In this document: piece by piece, positions 10,777 to 20,640 of the stretch
Layout: the number at the start of each line of letters is the position of its first letter
Position numbering within the stretch: position 1 is the first letter of the stretch
From: Halobacteriovoraceae bacterium
Lineage (GTDB): Bacteria; Bdellovibrionota; Bacteriovoracia; Bacteriovoracales; Bacteriovoracaceae
Length of the DNA: 64,000 nt
Reading direction: 5' to 3'
Assembly: GCA_963719505.1 (NCBI GenBank)
Contig: CAVRCF010000003.1
Coordinates: 256,001 to 320,000, forward strand
Notes under the pieces: model-generated
What the model was told of the DNA's origin: nothing
Database searches by the model: none
What the model saw: only the letters and a program-made list of their open reading frames with translations
Translations under genes and position numbers: made by a program

Positions 10777-11055
10777 TTACTTCTTATTGGCAGGCTTTGA
10801 AGTTATATCGACGTAGAAACTATCAACTTCTTTTTTTAGGTACTCATCAACTTTTTTGTTTAAGTCAGAAATCTTTATTTCATAGGTCTTTTTATCATCT
10901 AAGCCAATTTTGCAGTCAAAATGCCAAGTGTTAAAAGCTTCTGGAAGTTTCTTTTTACGCTCACGCGTTATATATTTTTTTATTTCATTCTTAATGCTAT
11001 CAGCAACTCGCTCCGGTTTTTTAGAATCTGAAACGAAAGAAAAGGTTTTCTGCAT
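10777..11055 (-). CDS. DUF6172-like small protein
   Basis: KKPERVADSIKNEIKKYITRERKKKLPE...WHFDCKIG; AAGGA upstream of ATG 11055. Confidence 0.65.
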   Translation of the reverse strand: MQKTFSFVSDSKKPERVADSIKNEIKKYITRERKKKLPEAFNTWHFDCKIGLDDKKTYEIKISDLNKKVDEYLKKEVDSFYVDITSKPANKK

Positions 11056-11176
11056 GATGTCATCCTTTGAAGTATATGTAGCTCTATATAGCACTATTAC
11101 AAGAGAAGGTGCAAGCAATATCAGTTTTCCTGTTGTACAATGAAGGGGTAAATCACTAATGATTGAGGAGAGAAAA

Positions 11177-11626
11177 ATGAAAGTTCTTTTATTATGTTTA
11201 TTTGTTCTTGTTGGCTGTGCCACAAAATTAGACAAAAAACCCGTTGTTGAATCAAAAGATATTGAACCGATTTCTTTTAAGCAAAAGAAGGTGAGATTAA
11301 GAGCACTTCTTGACAGTCATCCAGAGTTTAACAAGGAAACAAAAGTAAAGATTGAAAATCTTTTAATTGGTGCCATAGAAGAGGGGCAAAAATTAAAAAT
11401 GAGAGAATCTCAGCTTATCCAGCAAGTGGCTCGTTACACTTTAGTTGAGCAAGGGTCTTACTCACAGATTAAAAAGTTAAAATCAGCCTTAAAGAAAGTC
11501 TATGAGACGAAATATAACAATATTTCAAAAACCATTGATAAACTGAAAAAAATTGTGGGAATCGCACCTGTGAATAAAAGTCTTATTAATGACTTTCAAA
11601 AAGATCATATTCTAGAATTTAGATAA
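11177..11626 (+). CDS. Hypothetical lipoprotein
   Basis: Lipobox LVGC after a hydrophobic stretch; GAGGAG Shine-Dalgarno. Confidence 0.7.
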   Translation: MKVLLLCLFVLVGCATKLDKKPVVESKDIEPISFKQKKVRLRALLDSHPEFNKETKVKIENLLIGAIEEGQKLKMRESQLIQQVARYTLVEQGSYSQIKKLKSALKKVYETKYNNISKTIDKLKKIVGIAPVNKSLINDFQKDHILEFR

Positions 11627-11635
11627 TATATCATT

Positions 11636-11672
11636 CCTCAATAGCCGCTGTTTAAAAAGTGAGCTATTGAGG
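11636..11672. terminator. Hairpin between convergent genes
   Basis: CCTCAATAGC...GCTATTGAGG inverted repeat. Confidence 0.55.
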
Positions 11673-11681
11673 TTTCTCACT

Positions 11682-12152
11682 TTAGATCTTCCGACTAAAG
11701 TTTCTTGGCTCGTCGTAATGACCACGACAATTTCTAACTTCTCCACCAATGCCGTAGGCACAAATTTGGTCAGTGTACTTCTTTCCATTTTTAGTTACTT
11801 CTAGATCTATTTCAGTATAGTCTTCATCATAACCAAAGCCGTCTATAGCGAATCTCACTCGAGTCATGCCCGTTTCAGAGCATTGAGTTTTTATATCTAT
11901 CTGAAGCTCACCAGGGATATTGTTAGAAAAAAATCTTGTTTGAACTTTCTTTATTATTTTAGCATCAATCTCAACATTTAAGCAGTCGTAACCTCTCAAT
12001 TTGTCATTGAAAAATGTTCGAGCAGTAATGAGGTGATTGATAGCAATTTTCTCGGCATGACAATAGGCTTTTATTCTCTCTGAGACAATGACTTGGGAGA
12101 AAGCGTTTGAGGAGGCGAGGACAATAGTAGCAATGATAAGTTTTTTCATCAT
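11682..12152 (-). CDS. Hypothetical secreted protein
   Basis: Sec signal (AFS), several Cys residues. Confidence 0.65.
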   Translation of the reverse strand: MMKKLIIATIVLASSNAFSQVIVSERIKAYCHAEKIAINHLITARTFFNDKLRGYDCLNVEIDAKIIKKVQTRFFSNNIPGELQIDIKTQCSETGMTRVRFAIDGFGYDEDYTEIDLEVTKNGKKYTDQICAYGIGGEVRNCRGHYDEPRNFSRKI

Positions 12153-12277
12153 TGTTCAGTATCTTTGGGCTACTGGAATTAAAAGTTGATGTGTAAAAAT
12201 GTCATACTTTTTATGAACTGCCCGATCTCAAGAGCACTCTAAGCTCTTGAGATCGGGCGGATGGCTTATCTTTTAAA

Positions 12278-13687
12278 TTAGCTATTAAGAACTCTAACAG
12301 ATTTAATATTCATGTATTCATGAAAACCAAAACGTCCGTGTTCTCTTCCGTAACCACTTTCTTTAACTCCTCCAAAAGGAAGATTGGGCTTGGCATTTGT
12401 AAAACCGTTGATATTAATCATGCCAGTATCCAGATGTTTTGCAGCTATTTCTTTTGCCTTTTCAACATCTTTTGTAAAGATTCCACCTCCGAGGCCAAAC
12501 TTTGAATTATTTGAAACCTCAATTGCTTCTTCTAGATTTTTTACTTTTATGAGACTTGCAACTGGTCCAAAGAGTTCTCCGTCATAAGCCGGCATCCCTG
12601 GACTTAGATTTTCTAAAATAGTGGGCTGAAAAAAGTAACCTTTTCGCTTTTCAATATTTCCCCCCATGACACAGACAGCACCCCTGTCCAAAGATTCTCT
12701 AACTTGATCATCCAGTTTTACTAGAAGATCTTTCCTGGCCATTGGTCCTAGTTTTGTTGTTTTCTCATGAGGATTTCCCATTTGAAACTCTTTCATTTTA
12801 TCGATGAACTTCTCTCGAAATTGATCGTAGACAGACTCGACGACGAGAAACCTCTTCGCCGCTGTACAAGTCTCGGCATTATTGATCATTCTCCCGTTTG
12901 CACACGCTTGTGCTGCTAAATCTAAGTCAGCGTCTTCTAAGACAAGGTAGGCGTCATTTCCACCTAGTTCCAAAATTGATTTCTTCAGATTCCTTGCCGC
13001 TTTCTCTGCAACTTTTCTCCCCGTTGATGGACTTCCTGTGAAGGTAACGAGTCTTACTTCTTTAGATGAATAGAGAAACTCAATATCTTCATGCTTAGCA
13101 TAGAGATGTTGAAATACTCCTTCTGGGAGGCCAGCTTCTTTGTAGAGGCTTTCTATTTTTTCAGCACTTGCCCAGACATTTGATGCATGTCTAAGAAGAG
13201 TCGTATTACCTGCTAAGATGGCATGAACAGAGTATCTAATAACTTGGTAGAAGGGAAAGTTCCATGGCTGTATTGAAAAAATAACACCAAGAGGACTAAA
13301 ATGATTAAAAGCTTTTCCGCCTTCAATTTCCATCTCTTCAGGGGCAATATGTTCTTCAACAGTATCGCAGCAGTAGTCTACAATACCGGTACATATTTTA
13401 ATCTCATCTAATCCACCTGCGTGAGTTTTACCCATTTCATTTGTCATCATGGTAGCAATCTCATCTTTTTGATCGTTCATGAGCTTTCCAAATTTTCGAA
13501 CGATTTCAATTCTCTCTTTTAATGGAGTATGGGACCAATCTTTGAAAGCTTCTTGGGATTTTTGAAGTTTTTTCTCTACATCGGATTTAGATTCATAATT
13601 AAATGTTCTAAAAGTTTCCTCTGTAAAAGGATTGGTTAGGCTGTAAGAGTTCTCCGTTGATTCTGTCGTTGATGCTTGATTTTGCAT
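12278..13687 (-). CDS. NAD(P)-dependent aldehyde dehydrogenase (succinate-semialdehyde dehydrogenase-like)
   Basis: PWNFP, FTGS, ELGG, catalytic Cys, ELFGP, PFGGVKESGYGRE; AGGAG before ATG 13687. Confidence 0.92.
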   Translation of the reverse strand: MQNQASTTESTENSYSLTNPFTEETFRTFNYESKSDVEKKLQKSQEAFKDWSHTPLKERIEIVRKFGKLMNDQKDEIATMMTNEMGKTHAGGLDEIKICTGIVDYCCDTVEEHIAPEEMEIEGGKAFNHFSPLGVIFSIQPWNFPFYQVIRYSVHAILAGNTTLLRHASNVWASAEKIESLYKEAGLPEGVFQHLYAKHEDIEFLYSSKEVRLVTFTGSPSTGRKVAEKAARNLKKSILELGGNDAYLVLEDADLDLAAQACANGRMINNAETCTAAKRFLVVESVYDQFREKFIDKMKEFQMGNPHEKTTKLGPMARKDLLVKLDDQVRESLDRGAVCVMGGNIEKRKGYFFQPTILENLSPGMPAYDGELFGPVASLIKVKNLEEAIEVSNNSKFGLGGGIFTKDVEKAKEIAAKHLDTGMININGFTNAKPNLPFGGVKESGYGREHGRFGFHEYMNIKSVRVLNS

Positions 13688-13994
13688 TTGCTCTCCTTTT
13701 TTGGTTTTAAGTACCCGCTCAGAATAACAGTTCAAAGAGGTGAAAAGTTTTAGGGAATATGTAGGGAGAATAAAATTTTGATCATTTTAAGTGTTTATGC
13801 TGGAGTTTTATAGTTTGCGTTATGATACGAATCTTAGATGTTAAAGTTTAGTCACATAAAGAAGTTCTTTTAGTAAAGAACTGGAACTCATTTATCGTTG
13901 TTGATCATAATAAAATTAGAACTAAAAATACTGATTAGGGAATTAGGCAGTGATTTAACTTCATAGACTGTCTGAGATAGAGTAACTTGATTAT

Positions 13995-14591
13995 ATGAAT
14001 ATTAAGAAGTACTTAGTTCAATTTCCACAAACAAACGAACTCAATATTGTAGGACCTCTTTATGAAAAACCGGAGAACCTGAAAGGGCCAATCATCTTTG
14101 TTGACGGCGGAGCCGGTGCAAGGATTCAAGAAGAGGGATTTAGTGTCGGTGATGGGGACTCTTTTATTGGAGAATTGGATGAGGTTTTACCAAAAGAGAA
14201 AGACTTCTCTGATCTGGCTTTTGTGCTTAGAAATATTCCTTCCTATGTTAACGAGTTGAAGCTTTTTGGGTTTTTGAGCGGTCGCAGAGACCATGAGCTT
14301 GTCAACTTCGCTGAGATTCATTCATTTTTAAAAAACTGTCCTACTCCGACAAAAGTTTATTTCGATAAAGATGTTATCGCTTTTAGTAAAGGAACTTGGA
14401 ATGTTGAGGTCGATGGAATCTTTACTCTTTTCGCTTTTGAGGAAATAGAAGTTAAGCTAAGCGGTGACTGTAAATACCCAATTGCTAAGAAGTTAAAACC
14501 ATTATCTAGTGAAGGTTTAAGCAATATAGGGACGGGGAAAATAACTTTTATAAATAATGCTCCCCTTTTTCTTTTTCTTAATCATCCATAA
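13995..14591 (+). CDS. Thiamine pyrophosphokinase-like protein
   Basis: VDGGA, GDGDS, KDFSD, GRRDH and LSN motifs of the ThiN/TPK family. Confidence 0.75.
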   Translation: MNIKKYLVQFPQTNELNIVGPLYEKPENLKGPIIFVDGGAGARIQEEGFSVGDGDSFIGELDEVLPKEKDFSDLAFVLRNIPSYVNELKLFGFLSGRRDHELVNFAEIHSFLKNCPTPTKVYFDKDVIAFSKGTWNVEVDGIFTLFAFEEIEVKLSGDCKYPIAKKLKPLSSEGLSNIGTGKITFINNAPLFLFLNHP

Positions 14592-14786
14592 CTCTTAGCT
14601 TGCTTTCTTTTCATTTTCGAGCAGAGTTACTTTGACATGTTCAACGAGCTTTTTTTATATAAAGGGGGCTTGTTAAAAATGGTATCGCAGCCTTTGGCAA
14701 ATAGCTTAATAACACCTAGCGAGTTTAAATCTTTATCTTTTCAAAATATAGAGGAAGGAAGGTTGAGCCATCAGAATGATAGAAAT

Positions 14787-14816
14787 AAAAAAGCCTTTCC
14801 GAAGAAAGGCTCTTTT
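14787..14816 (-). terminator. Intrinsic terminator of the tRNA operon
   Basis: AGCCTTTC-TTCG-GAAAGGCT followed by a T tract on the minus strand. Confidence 0.8.
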
Positions 14817-14827
14817 AATTATAAATT

Positions 14828-14905
14828 TGGTACTCCCAAGGGGATTCGAACCCCTGTTACCGCCGTGAAAAGGCGGTGTCCTAGACCAGGCTAGACGATG
14901 GGAGC
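14828..14905 (-). tRNA. tRNA-Glu (UUC)
   Basis: Cloverleaf GCTCCCA...TGGGAGT-A-CCA; anticodon arm CCGCC-TTTTCAC-GGCGG; GTTCGAATC T loop. Confidence 0.96.
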
Positions 14906-14938
14906 ATAACTGTTAAAATAAGTAATGCTTATTAAGAA

Positions 14939-15015
14939 TGGTGATCGCGCTGTGACTCGAACACAGGACCCTCTCCTTAAAAGGGAGATGCTCTAACCAA
15001 CTGAGCTACGCGACC
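14939..15015 (-). tRNA. tRNA-Lys (UUU)
   Basis: GGTCGCG...CGCGATC-A-CCA; anticodon arm TCTCC-CTTTTAA-GGAGA. Confidence 0.96.
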
Positions 15016-15038
15016 AGATTCTTAAAATCGTGAAATTT

Positions 15039-15068
15039 AATTTAAACATTTAAGCTAAATTCTGTCAA
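15039..15068 (-). promoter_or_regulatory. Sigma-70 promoter of the tRNA-Lys/Glu operon
   Basis: TTGACA-N18-TAAATT about 25 nt upstream of tRNA-Lys. Confidence 0.6.
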
Positions 15069-15176
15069 CGAATAAATGATAATATAATCAATTTTTTTAT
15101 CACTAAATATAATCAACTTGTCAGAGCCAGTATATCAATAGCTTAATTTGTCGTGTCAAATATATAGGGATTTACC

Positions 15177-16457
15177 ATGACTAAAAAAGTATCATTTCAC
15201 ACTCTTGGTTGCAGGCTAAATATGTCTGAAACGGGCTCTATCGCTCAGGGTTTTGTTGACCGAGGCTACAAAGTCGTCCCTTTTGGTGAGCGAGTCAGAT
15301 GTGACTTTCTTAAATACTTGTACCGTCACAGATGGAGCGGACTCTACATGTCGAAATTTGATCCGAAAGGCTTCTAAGCATTCAGTCCAGAGGGAAAAGT
15401 GGTTGTGGCTGGTTGCTACGCTCAAATGGAAGCTGAGAAAATAAAGACAATGCAAGGAGTAGATCTCATCCTTGGAACCAATGAAAAATATAAGGTCTTT
15501 GACTATCTTGAAGAGGAAGATGAGACGGCGATCAAAATAGATAAAATGACAGAGTTTTGGGGAGCAGCAACAACGGAAGCTGATAATCACACCAGAGCAT
15601 TTTTAAAAATTCAAGATGGTTGTAACTATATATGCTCATTTTGTATTATTCCTCACGCTAGAGGGAGATCAAGAACAATCTCTATTGAGGATGCTACTAA
15701 TGAATCTAAAAACCTCATTTCCAGAGGTTTTAAAGAAATTGTTCTAACTGGTGTTAATATTGGAGAGTATGCTAATAGCTCTGGAGAGCGTCTTGAAGAC
15801 CTTATTCTCTCTTTGACTAACATCGATGGTCTTAAACGCTTAAGACTAGGATCAGTCGAACCTAATACGATGAGTGAAAGCCTTGTAAGGACTCTTAAAG
15901 GTAGTGGAGTCTATCAAGATCATTTTCATATTCCACTGCAAAGTGGAAGTGATGAAATTCTTAAGTCTATGAGGCGTAAATATGACGTCGCATTCTATAA
16001 AGAGACGATTGCAATGGTTCAGTCTTACTTTCCCGATGCCTCTTTTGGAGCTGATATAATTGTCGGCTATCCTGGCGAGAGCGAAGAAGACTTTCAAAAA
16101 ACTTATAACCTTTTAAAAGAGCTTCCGATTGTCCACTTTCATGTCTTTCCTTATTCAAAAAGACAAAAGACCACGGCTGCTAAACTGGATAATCATATTC
16201 AAGCTGATGTGAAAAAGGCGAGAGTTAAAACTCTTATTGCCCTTGGTGAGTCCAAGCAAGAAAGCTTTGCGAAAAAATTGGTTGGGTCGAAGCAAAGTGT
16301 GTTATTTGAAAATGAAAGAGATGGCATTTTTGAAGGCTATACATCAAACTACGTAAAGGTTCGCTTGAGTTCATCACAGAATATTAAGAATCAAATTCTT
16401 GATGTGAAAATAGTTAAAAGTCTTGGTGGTGGAAAAGTAGAATCAGTACTTACTTAA
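15177..16457 (+). CDS. mtaB: tRNA t6A37 methylthiotransferase, with two compensating indels near 15290 and 15385
   Basis: TLGCRLN, NTCTVT, VAGCYAQ, QDGCNYICSFC and RGRSR distributed over ORFs 15177, 15253 and 15399; FHVFPYSKR. Confidence 0.88.
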
Positions 16458-17343
16458 TCCAAGTTATGCAAGGTGCCGGCATGATTATAGTCTCGCCGTT
16501 TAAATCAAGCATGTCTTTTTGCTCGGTATCGCCTTTAGAGTAACTATAGAATCTTCTGTATTGATAACCTAGCGCCTGTCTTAAAATATTTTCCATTCTA
16601 ACGGCTCTGTATTCGGCAACTGGTTGAAACTCGTGATCATCTGATTTTACAAATCTTCTATCGAGTAGACCTCTCATTCCATCATAAGCGTGCATCATTT
16701 CGTGGGCGAGAATAATGTCGGTATCAATTTTTCTCTCAACCCAATCCGCTTCCATAAACTTGGCATCTGTTTCAGGATTCCATAGAATCTGGCCTCCAAA
16801 TCCAATCTGATTAAAGGGAAGCTTTAAAACCATGGGTTTTCTATCATCTAGGTTCATAATCATTGTTATTTCATTCATACGCCAATTGGGACGCTCGTTA
16901 TTGTGATTTCCACTGTAACGATTTCCACCTTTTTTGATATAAAAAGGATAAGGGGACTGTTGCAGCTCAAAAATAAGTTCCTTTGTTTGGGGAACATTTT
17001 CAAAGCGCCTTAAAGTTCTCAGTGCTTTTTTTACAAATGCATCTCTTGGATAAACTTGATTGCCTCGAACATCAAAAAGTGATCCATCTCTGTAGGTATA
17101 GGTTTGAGTTTTTGACATTACTTTTAGTGAGTCAAAATTTAAGTTTGATATTGTTGTTGTTGTTGTAAATAGAGATGTGCGATCAAAGTTTGAGCAACCA
17201 AATGCTTTTATGGCCTCTTCGCTTAATCCTGATTCGATAATAATCTCATCGATTGTTCTTTGAGGAGTACTTGAAAAGTTTAAAAGCTCGTAGGCGAAAC
17301 AGTTATAAGAGAAAATAATAAGGAGTAAGATAAATTTTTGCAT
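16450..17343 (-). CDS. Secreted zinc metallopeptidase, M91/NleD-like
   Basis: Signal peptide; LAHEMMHAYD...G...EYRAVRMENILRQALG..R..Y. Confidence 0.65.
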   Translation of the reverse strand: MQKFILLLIIFSYNCFAYELLNFSSTPQRTIDEIIIESGLSEEAIKAFGCSNFDRTSLFTTTTTISNLNFDSLKVMSKTQTYTYRDGSLFDVRGNQVYPRDAFVKKALRTLRRFENVPQTKELIFELQQSPYPFYIKKGGNRYSGNHNNERPNWRMNEITMIMNLDDRKPMVLKLPFNQIGFGGQILWNPETDAKFMEADWVERKIDTDIILAHEMMHAYDGMRGLLDRRFVKSDDHEFQPVAEYRAVRMENILRQALGYQYRRFYSYSKGDTEQKDMLDLNGETIIMPAPCITWIK

Positions 17344-17404
17344 TTTAAGAGTATGACCAAAGGGATGGCCATACTCAACTAACTTAGTCTGACATTATCT
17401 TAAG

Positions 17405-18679
17405 CTATTGAAAATACTTCTTTCTAAAATGAATTTGAGCTCTATCAGGGCCGAATGCCAAAATTCCAACCTTTATCCCAAGAGCACTTTCGATGAGGTC
17501 AATATAGTCTTGCAGCTCAGTGCTATAAACATTTTCTTTGTCAAAAGTATCGTTAAAGGGTTTTAGGTTTTTATAAAGCGCAGTTGCCTGTTCTAAATCT
17601 AAGCCGGGGTAGGCACAATCGTATTCCTTTCCATCAATTTCGTAGGCGTAACAGACCTTCAATTCTTCTAGGCCACTTAAAACATCAACTTTAGTTAAAG
17701 CAATCGAAGTGAGGGAGCTGGCCTTCACTGAGTATTTTAAGATGGGGAGATCTAGCCAGCCGCATCTTCGTCTCCTTCCAGTTGTGGCTCCAAATTCCTG
17801 GCCGATATCTTGAATCTTATCACCAATAGGAGTGTGAAGTTCAGTTGGCATTGGGCCTTCTCCAACTCTGGTCGTATAGGCTTTCACAATACCCAGCTTT
17901 TCGTCAACAATTCCTGACGAGACACCTGCTCCTGTATAAATCCCAGCTGCTCCTGTAGAGGATGAAGTCACGTATGGATAAGAGCCATAGTCGATATCGA
18001 GTAGGACACCTTGTGCACCTTCGAAAAGTACATTCTTTTTTAAACTTAGGGCCTCGTCAATATAACTAAATGTATCGATAACAAATTCTTTAAGTTGCTG
18101 ACCAAAACCAAAAAGTCTTTCAACTTCACTTTCAATGGTAGGGACTTGGGTCTTATAGAAATGCTCAAAAAGAAACATCTTCTCTTCTAAAGCAATAGAG
18201 AGTTTTGAGTGAAGAGTGTCTTTGTTGAAAAGGTCTTTAATTTTAATCGCTCGTCTGGCCACTTTATCTTCATAAGCTGGACCAATTCCTTTTCCCGTTG
18301 TTCCAATCTTCTTTATTCCTTTGCCCTCTCTGATAGCATCCAGTAGTTTATGGTAACTAGTAATGACAGTGGCATTTAAAGATATTTTTAATCTTTCAGG
18401 GGTGACATCAATATGTTCTTTGACAAGTTTGAGCTCTTTCATGAATGCTTCGGGTTCGAAGACAACTCCATGGGCAACAACGGATACACAATTTTTATGC
18501 AGTATGCCTGAGGGAATCTGGTGCAAAACGATTTTTTTACCATCAAATATAATGGTATGACCGGCGTTGTTCCCGCCTTGAAATCTGACGACAATATCAG
18601 AGTTTTGACCTAAAAGATCTGTAATCTTTCCTTTACCTTCGTCACCCCACTGGGCCCCTATAATAGCTAGTGTGTTCAT
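17405..18679 (-). CDS. purA: Adenylosuccinate synthetase
   Basis: GAQWGDEGKGK, GGNNAGHT, EGAQG, GATTGRRRRCGW. Confidence 0.97.
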   Translation of the reverse strand: MNTLAIIGAQWGDEGKGKITDLLGQNSDIVVRFQGGNNAGHTIIFDGKKIVLHQIPSGILHKNCVSVVAHGVVFEPEAFMKELKLVKEHIDVTPERLKISLNATVITSYHKLLDAIREGKGIKKIGTTGKGIGPAYEDKVARRAIKIKDLFNKDTLHSKLSIALEEKMFLFEHFYKTQVPTIESEVERLFGFGQQLKEFVIDTFSYIDEALSLKKNVLFEGAQGVLLDIDYGSYPYVTSSSTGAAGIYTGAGVSSGIVDEKLGIVKAYTTRVGEGPMPTELHTPIGDKIQDIGQEFGATTGRRRRCGWLDLPILKYSVKASSLTSIALTKVDVLSGLEELKVCYAYEIDGKEYDCAYPGLDLEQATALYKNLKPFNDTFDKENVYSTELQDYIDLIESALGIKVGILAFGPDRAQIHFRKKYFQ

Positions 18680-18867
18680 TGTTCCCTCCAGAAATGTCCC
18701 AAACATTACAAGTGTATCTTGTTGAAAAACCCTTTGGATACAGCTATTTGGGATTAAATACTTACAGCTTAAAAGTTAGTATTATGGGCTTTGGCTTCCC
18801 CGGATTTTTATGTTAGTTTAATAGAAATACCAAAACTCAATTCCCAATCAACCATCTATTTCCCAAC

Positions 18868-18895
18868 TAAAGTTATCAGGCAAATCTTCCGACAA
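18868..18895 (+). promoter_or_regulatory. Sigma-28-like promoter
   Basis: TAAAG-N15-TCCGACAA, ending 7 nt before ATG 18903. Confidence 0.5.
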
Positions 18896-18902
18896 GAAGA
18901 CA

Positions 18903-19319
18903 ATGAAAAATTTGAGCCTGTTACTATTGCTAGTTTCTTCATCAGCCTTTTGTTGCGAGGTGGAGGTTTCCTTATATGGAGAGTCTATCTATAAGGGAGA
19001 TTCCCCAGAGACCGTTTACGGGAAAATTGAAACCACTTGGAATGCAAATTCAGAAATTTACGACACTCTTTATCTAAGAACGAAGTCTAAAGCTGAAGGG
19101 GCAAAACTCATTATCACGAAGAATGAAAAACAACTTTCATCAAAAGAAATCAAAATAGAAAAATCAAATAAAAGCGATACCTATAGACTGACAAATATTA
19201 GTTTTAAGGATGATCTTATTGCAAGAAATCAAGACTTTCCTTTTTCAGCTCGAATCGATTACTCAAGAGATGGAAAAAAATTCTGTACTCAAACAATTAA
19301 ATTTATGGTGACGAAATGA
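18903..19319 (+). CDS. Hypothetical secreted protein
   Basis: Signal peptide; ATGA overlap with the next gene. Confidence 0.65.
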   Translation: MKNLSLLLLLVSSSAFCCEVEVSLYGESIYKGDSPETVYGKIETTWNANSEIYDTLYLRTKSKAEGAKLIITKNEKQLSSKEIKIEKSNKSDTYRLTNISFKDDLIARNQDFPFSARIDYSRDGKKFCTQTIKFMVTK

Positions 19320-20596
19320 GGTTTCTCTTTCTCGCTCTCCTTTGCTTTAATCTCTATGCACAGAGCTGCTATACAGAAAAAACGTCAACGCCACCTTTCA
19401 TGGTTACTGATGCCACAGGCATGGGAAGTAAAACCTATGAAAATTTTAAGTCAAAAAATAATTATCGAAAAAATGAAAATATTATTCCTAGACGCTCAAT
19501 TGTAAAGATTAAAAAAGGAAGTGAAGAGTATGCGAGACACTCGCAAAACTATGTTCCAGTAGAAATTATTTCAACTCCGAATACAGATAAACTTGATGAA
19601 AACTTAAAAAATGGAATCTATAGATGGAGTAGTGCTGATAAAAATAGAATGAAAAAAGCACAAATTGGGCAAAAGGGATTTCTTTATGGAAAGTCTCTAA
19701 AGAAAGCTGATGAGTTCACTTATATTGTTGATGAAGCTTCCCCTCTCATCGCCGACAATGGCTTGAGTGAAAAAGGTGTTGTTGCAATAAAGCCTGTGAT
19801 CGATTCAAACGGAAAATTTGAAGTTTTAAAGTGTTGTGATACTCAGAATTTTACTATGCTTCCAGTTTGTAAGATTAAGTACCAATTCAGTTCCATCTTT
19901 GCTGATGAGAGTACGGGAACCAATGTCTTGGTTGATGTTGATAGTTGTGCCGTTGCTTCAGGTCTTACACCATTTAAAAATGACGATATTGTCTCAATTA
20001 TGAATATTTTAAAGACTGGCTTTTCAGAAGATGAAAAAATGAAGCTTGGAGATATCGAACTTTTTGATGCAAAGGGTGTCGTTAAGATTCCCCTTGATTA
20101 TGAGAAAGGGGATGGGAAAGGGTATCCAGGGCCATTTGGATCCTATCACTACAATACAGATGATAAGGGCGCCAGTGATGTTTTTGCCAAGCCGGTAGCC
20201 GCTTGTGTTTTTAATAAAGTGCTGGAGACTCACAATAAAAGTTGTAATGGACCAGGCTGTCAGGTGCAGTTTGGAGATATCTACCACCCAAGAAGCTTCA
20301 ACGTTCATACCTCCCATGGAGGAGGAAACTGCTTTGATGTTAGACCTCTAAAGAAAAGAGATTCTAAAAGGGCTTTGACCTATAGGGATTCTCTTTACGA
20401 TAGAGAGAAAACCAAGAAGTTGATTGCTCTATTTGAGAAAGCTGGTGCCAATAAAATAATTTTTGATGATAGAGCAGTGAGCTCGCCCACGATAAGAAGA
20501 ACTTCTGACCAAAGTCATGCTAACCATATGCATGTTTGTTTTGATGTTGAGAGTTCAAAAACTAAAGAGACTTGTAAGAGTGGAATCGAAAACTAA
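19316..20596 (+). CDS. Secreted protein with C-terminal LAS-type (MepA/M74-like) murein endopeptidase domain
   Basis: FGDI...HTSHGGGNCFDVR (H-x6-D) and HANHMHV (H-x-H); Cys-rich; signal peptide. Confidence 0.65.
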   Translation: MRFLFLALLCFNLYAQSCYTEKTSTPPFMVTDATGMGSKTYENFKSKNNYRKNENIIPRRSIVKIKKGSEEYARHSQNYVPVEIISTPNTDKLDENLKNGIYRWSSADKNRMKKAQIGQKGFLYGKSLKKADEFTYIVDEASPLIADNGLSEKGVVAIKPVIDSNGKFEVLKCCDTQNFTMLPVCKIKYQFSSIFADESTGTNVLVDVDSCAVASGLTPFKNDDIVSIMNILKTGFSEDEKMKLGDIELFDAKGVVKIPLDYEKGDGKGYPGPFGSYHYNTDDKGASDVFAKPVAACVFNKVLETHNKSCNGPGCQVQFGDIYHPRSFNVHTSHGGGNCFDVRPLKKRDSKRALTYRDSLYDREKTKKLIALFEKAGANKIIFDDRAVSSPTIRRTSDQSHANHMHVCFDVESSKTKETCKSGIEN

Positions 20597-20628
20597 AAAG
20601 CCCCGAAAGAATAACTTCCGAGGCCTTT
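20596..20628 (-). terminator. Intrinsic terminator
   Basis: GCCTCGGAAG/CTTTCGGGGC stem with G-U pairs on the minus strand, then TTTT. Confidence 0.6.
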
Positions 20629-20640
20629 GCCAAAAAATTT

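Noticed and set aside
13940-13994. TPP riboswitch upstream of the thiamine pyrophosphokinase-like gene
   Set aside because: Only CTGAGA is present; the downstream CCTGA and AGCG-AGGGA core is missing and there is no room before the ATG
14600-14830. Island or prophage integrated at the tRNA-Glu 3' end
   Set aside because: No integrase, no duplicated tRNA 3' end and no compositional shift in the window
14637-14894. 85-aa ORF
   Set aside because: Antisense to tRNA-Glu and its terminator; spurious
15280-15400. Programmed frameshifting in mtaB
   Set aside because: Two compensating indels with no slippery site, and the same error style as the flh and clpA regions
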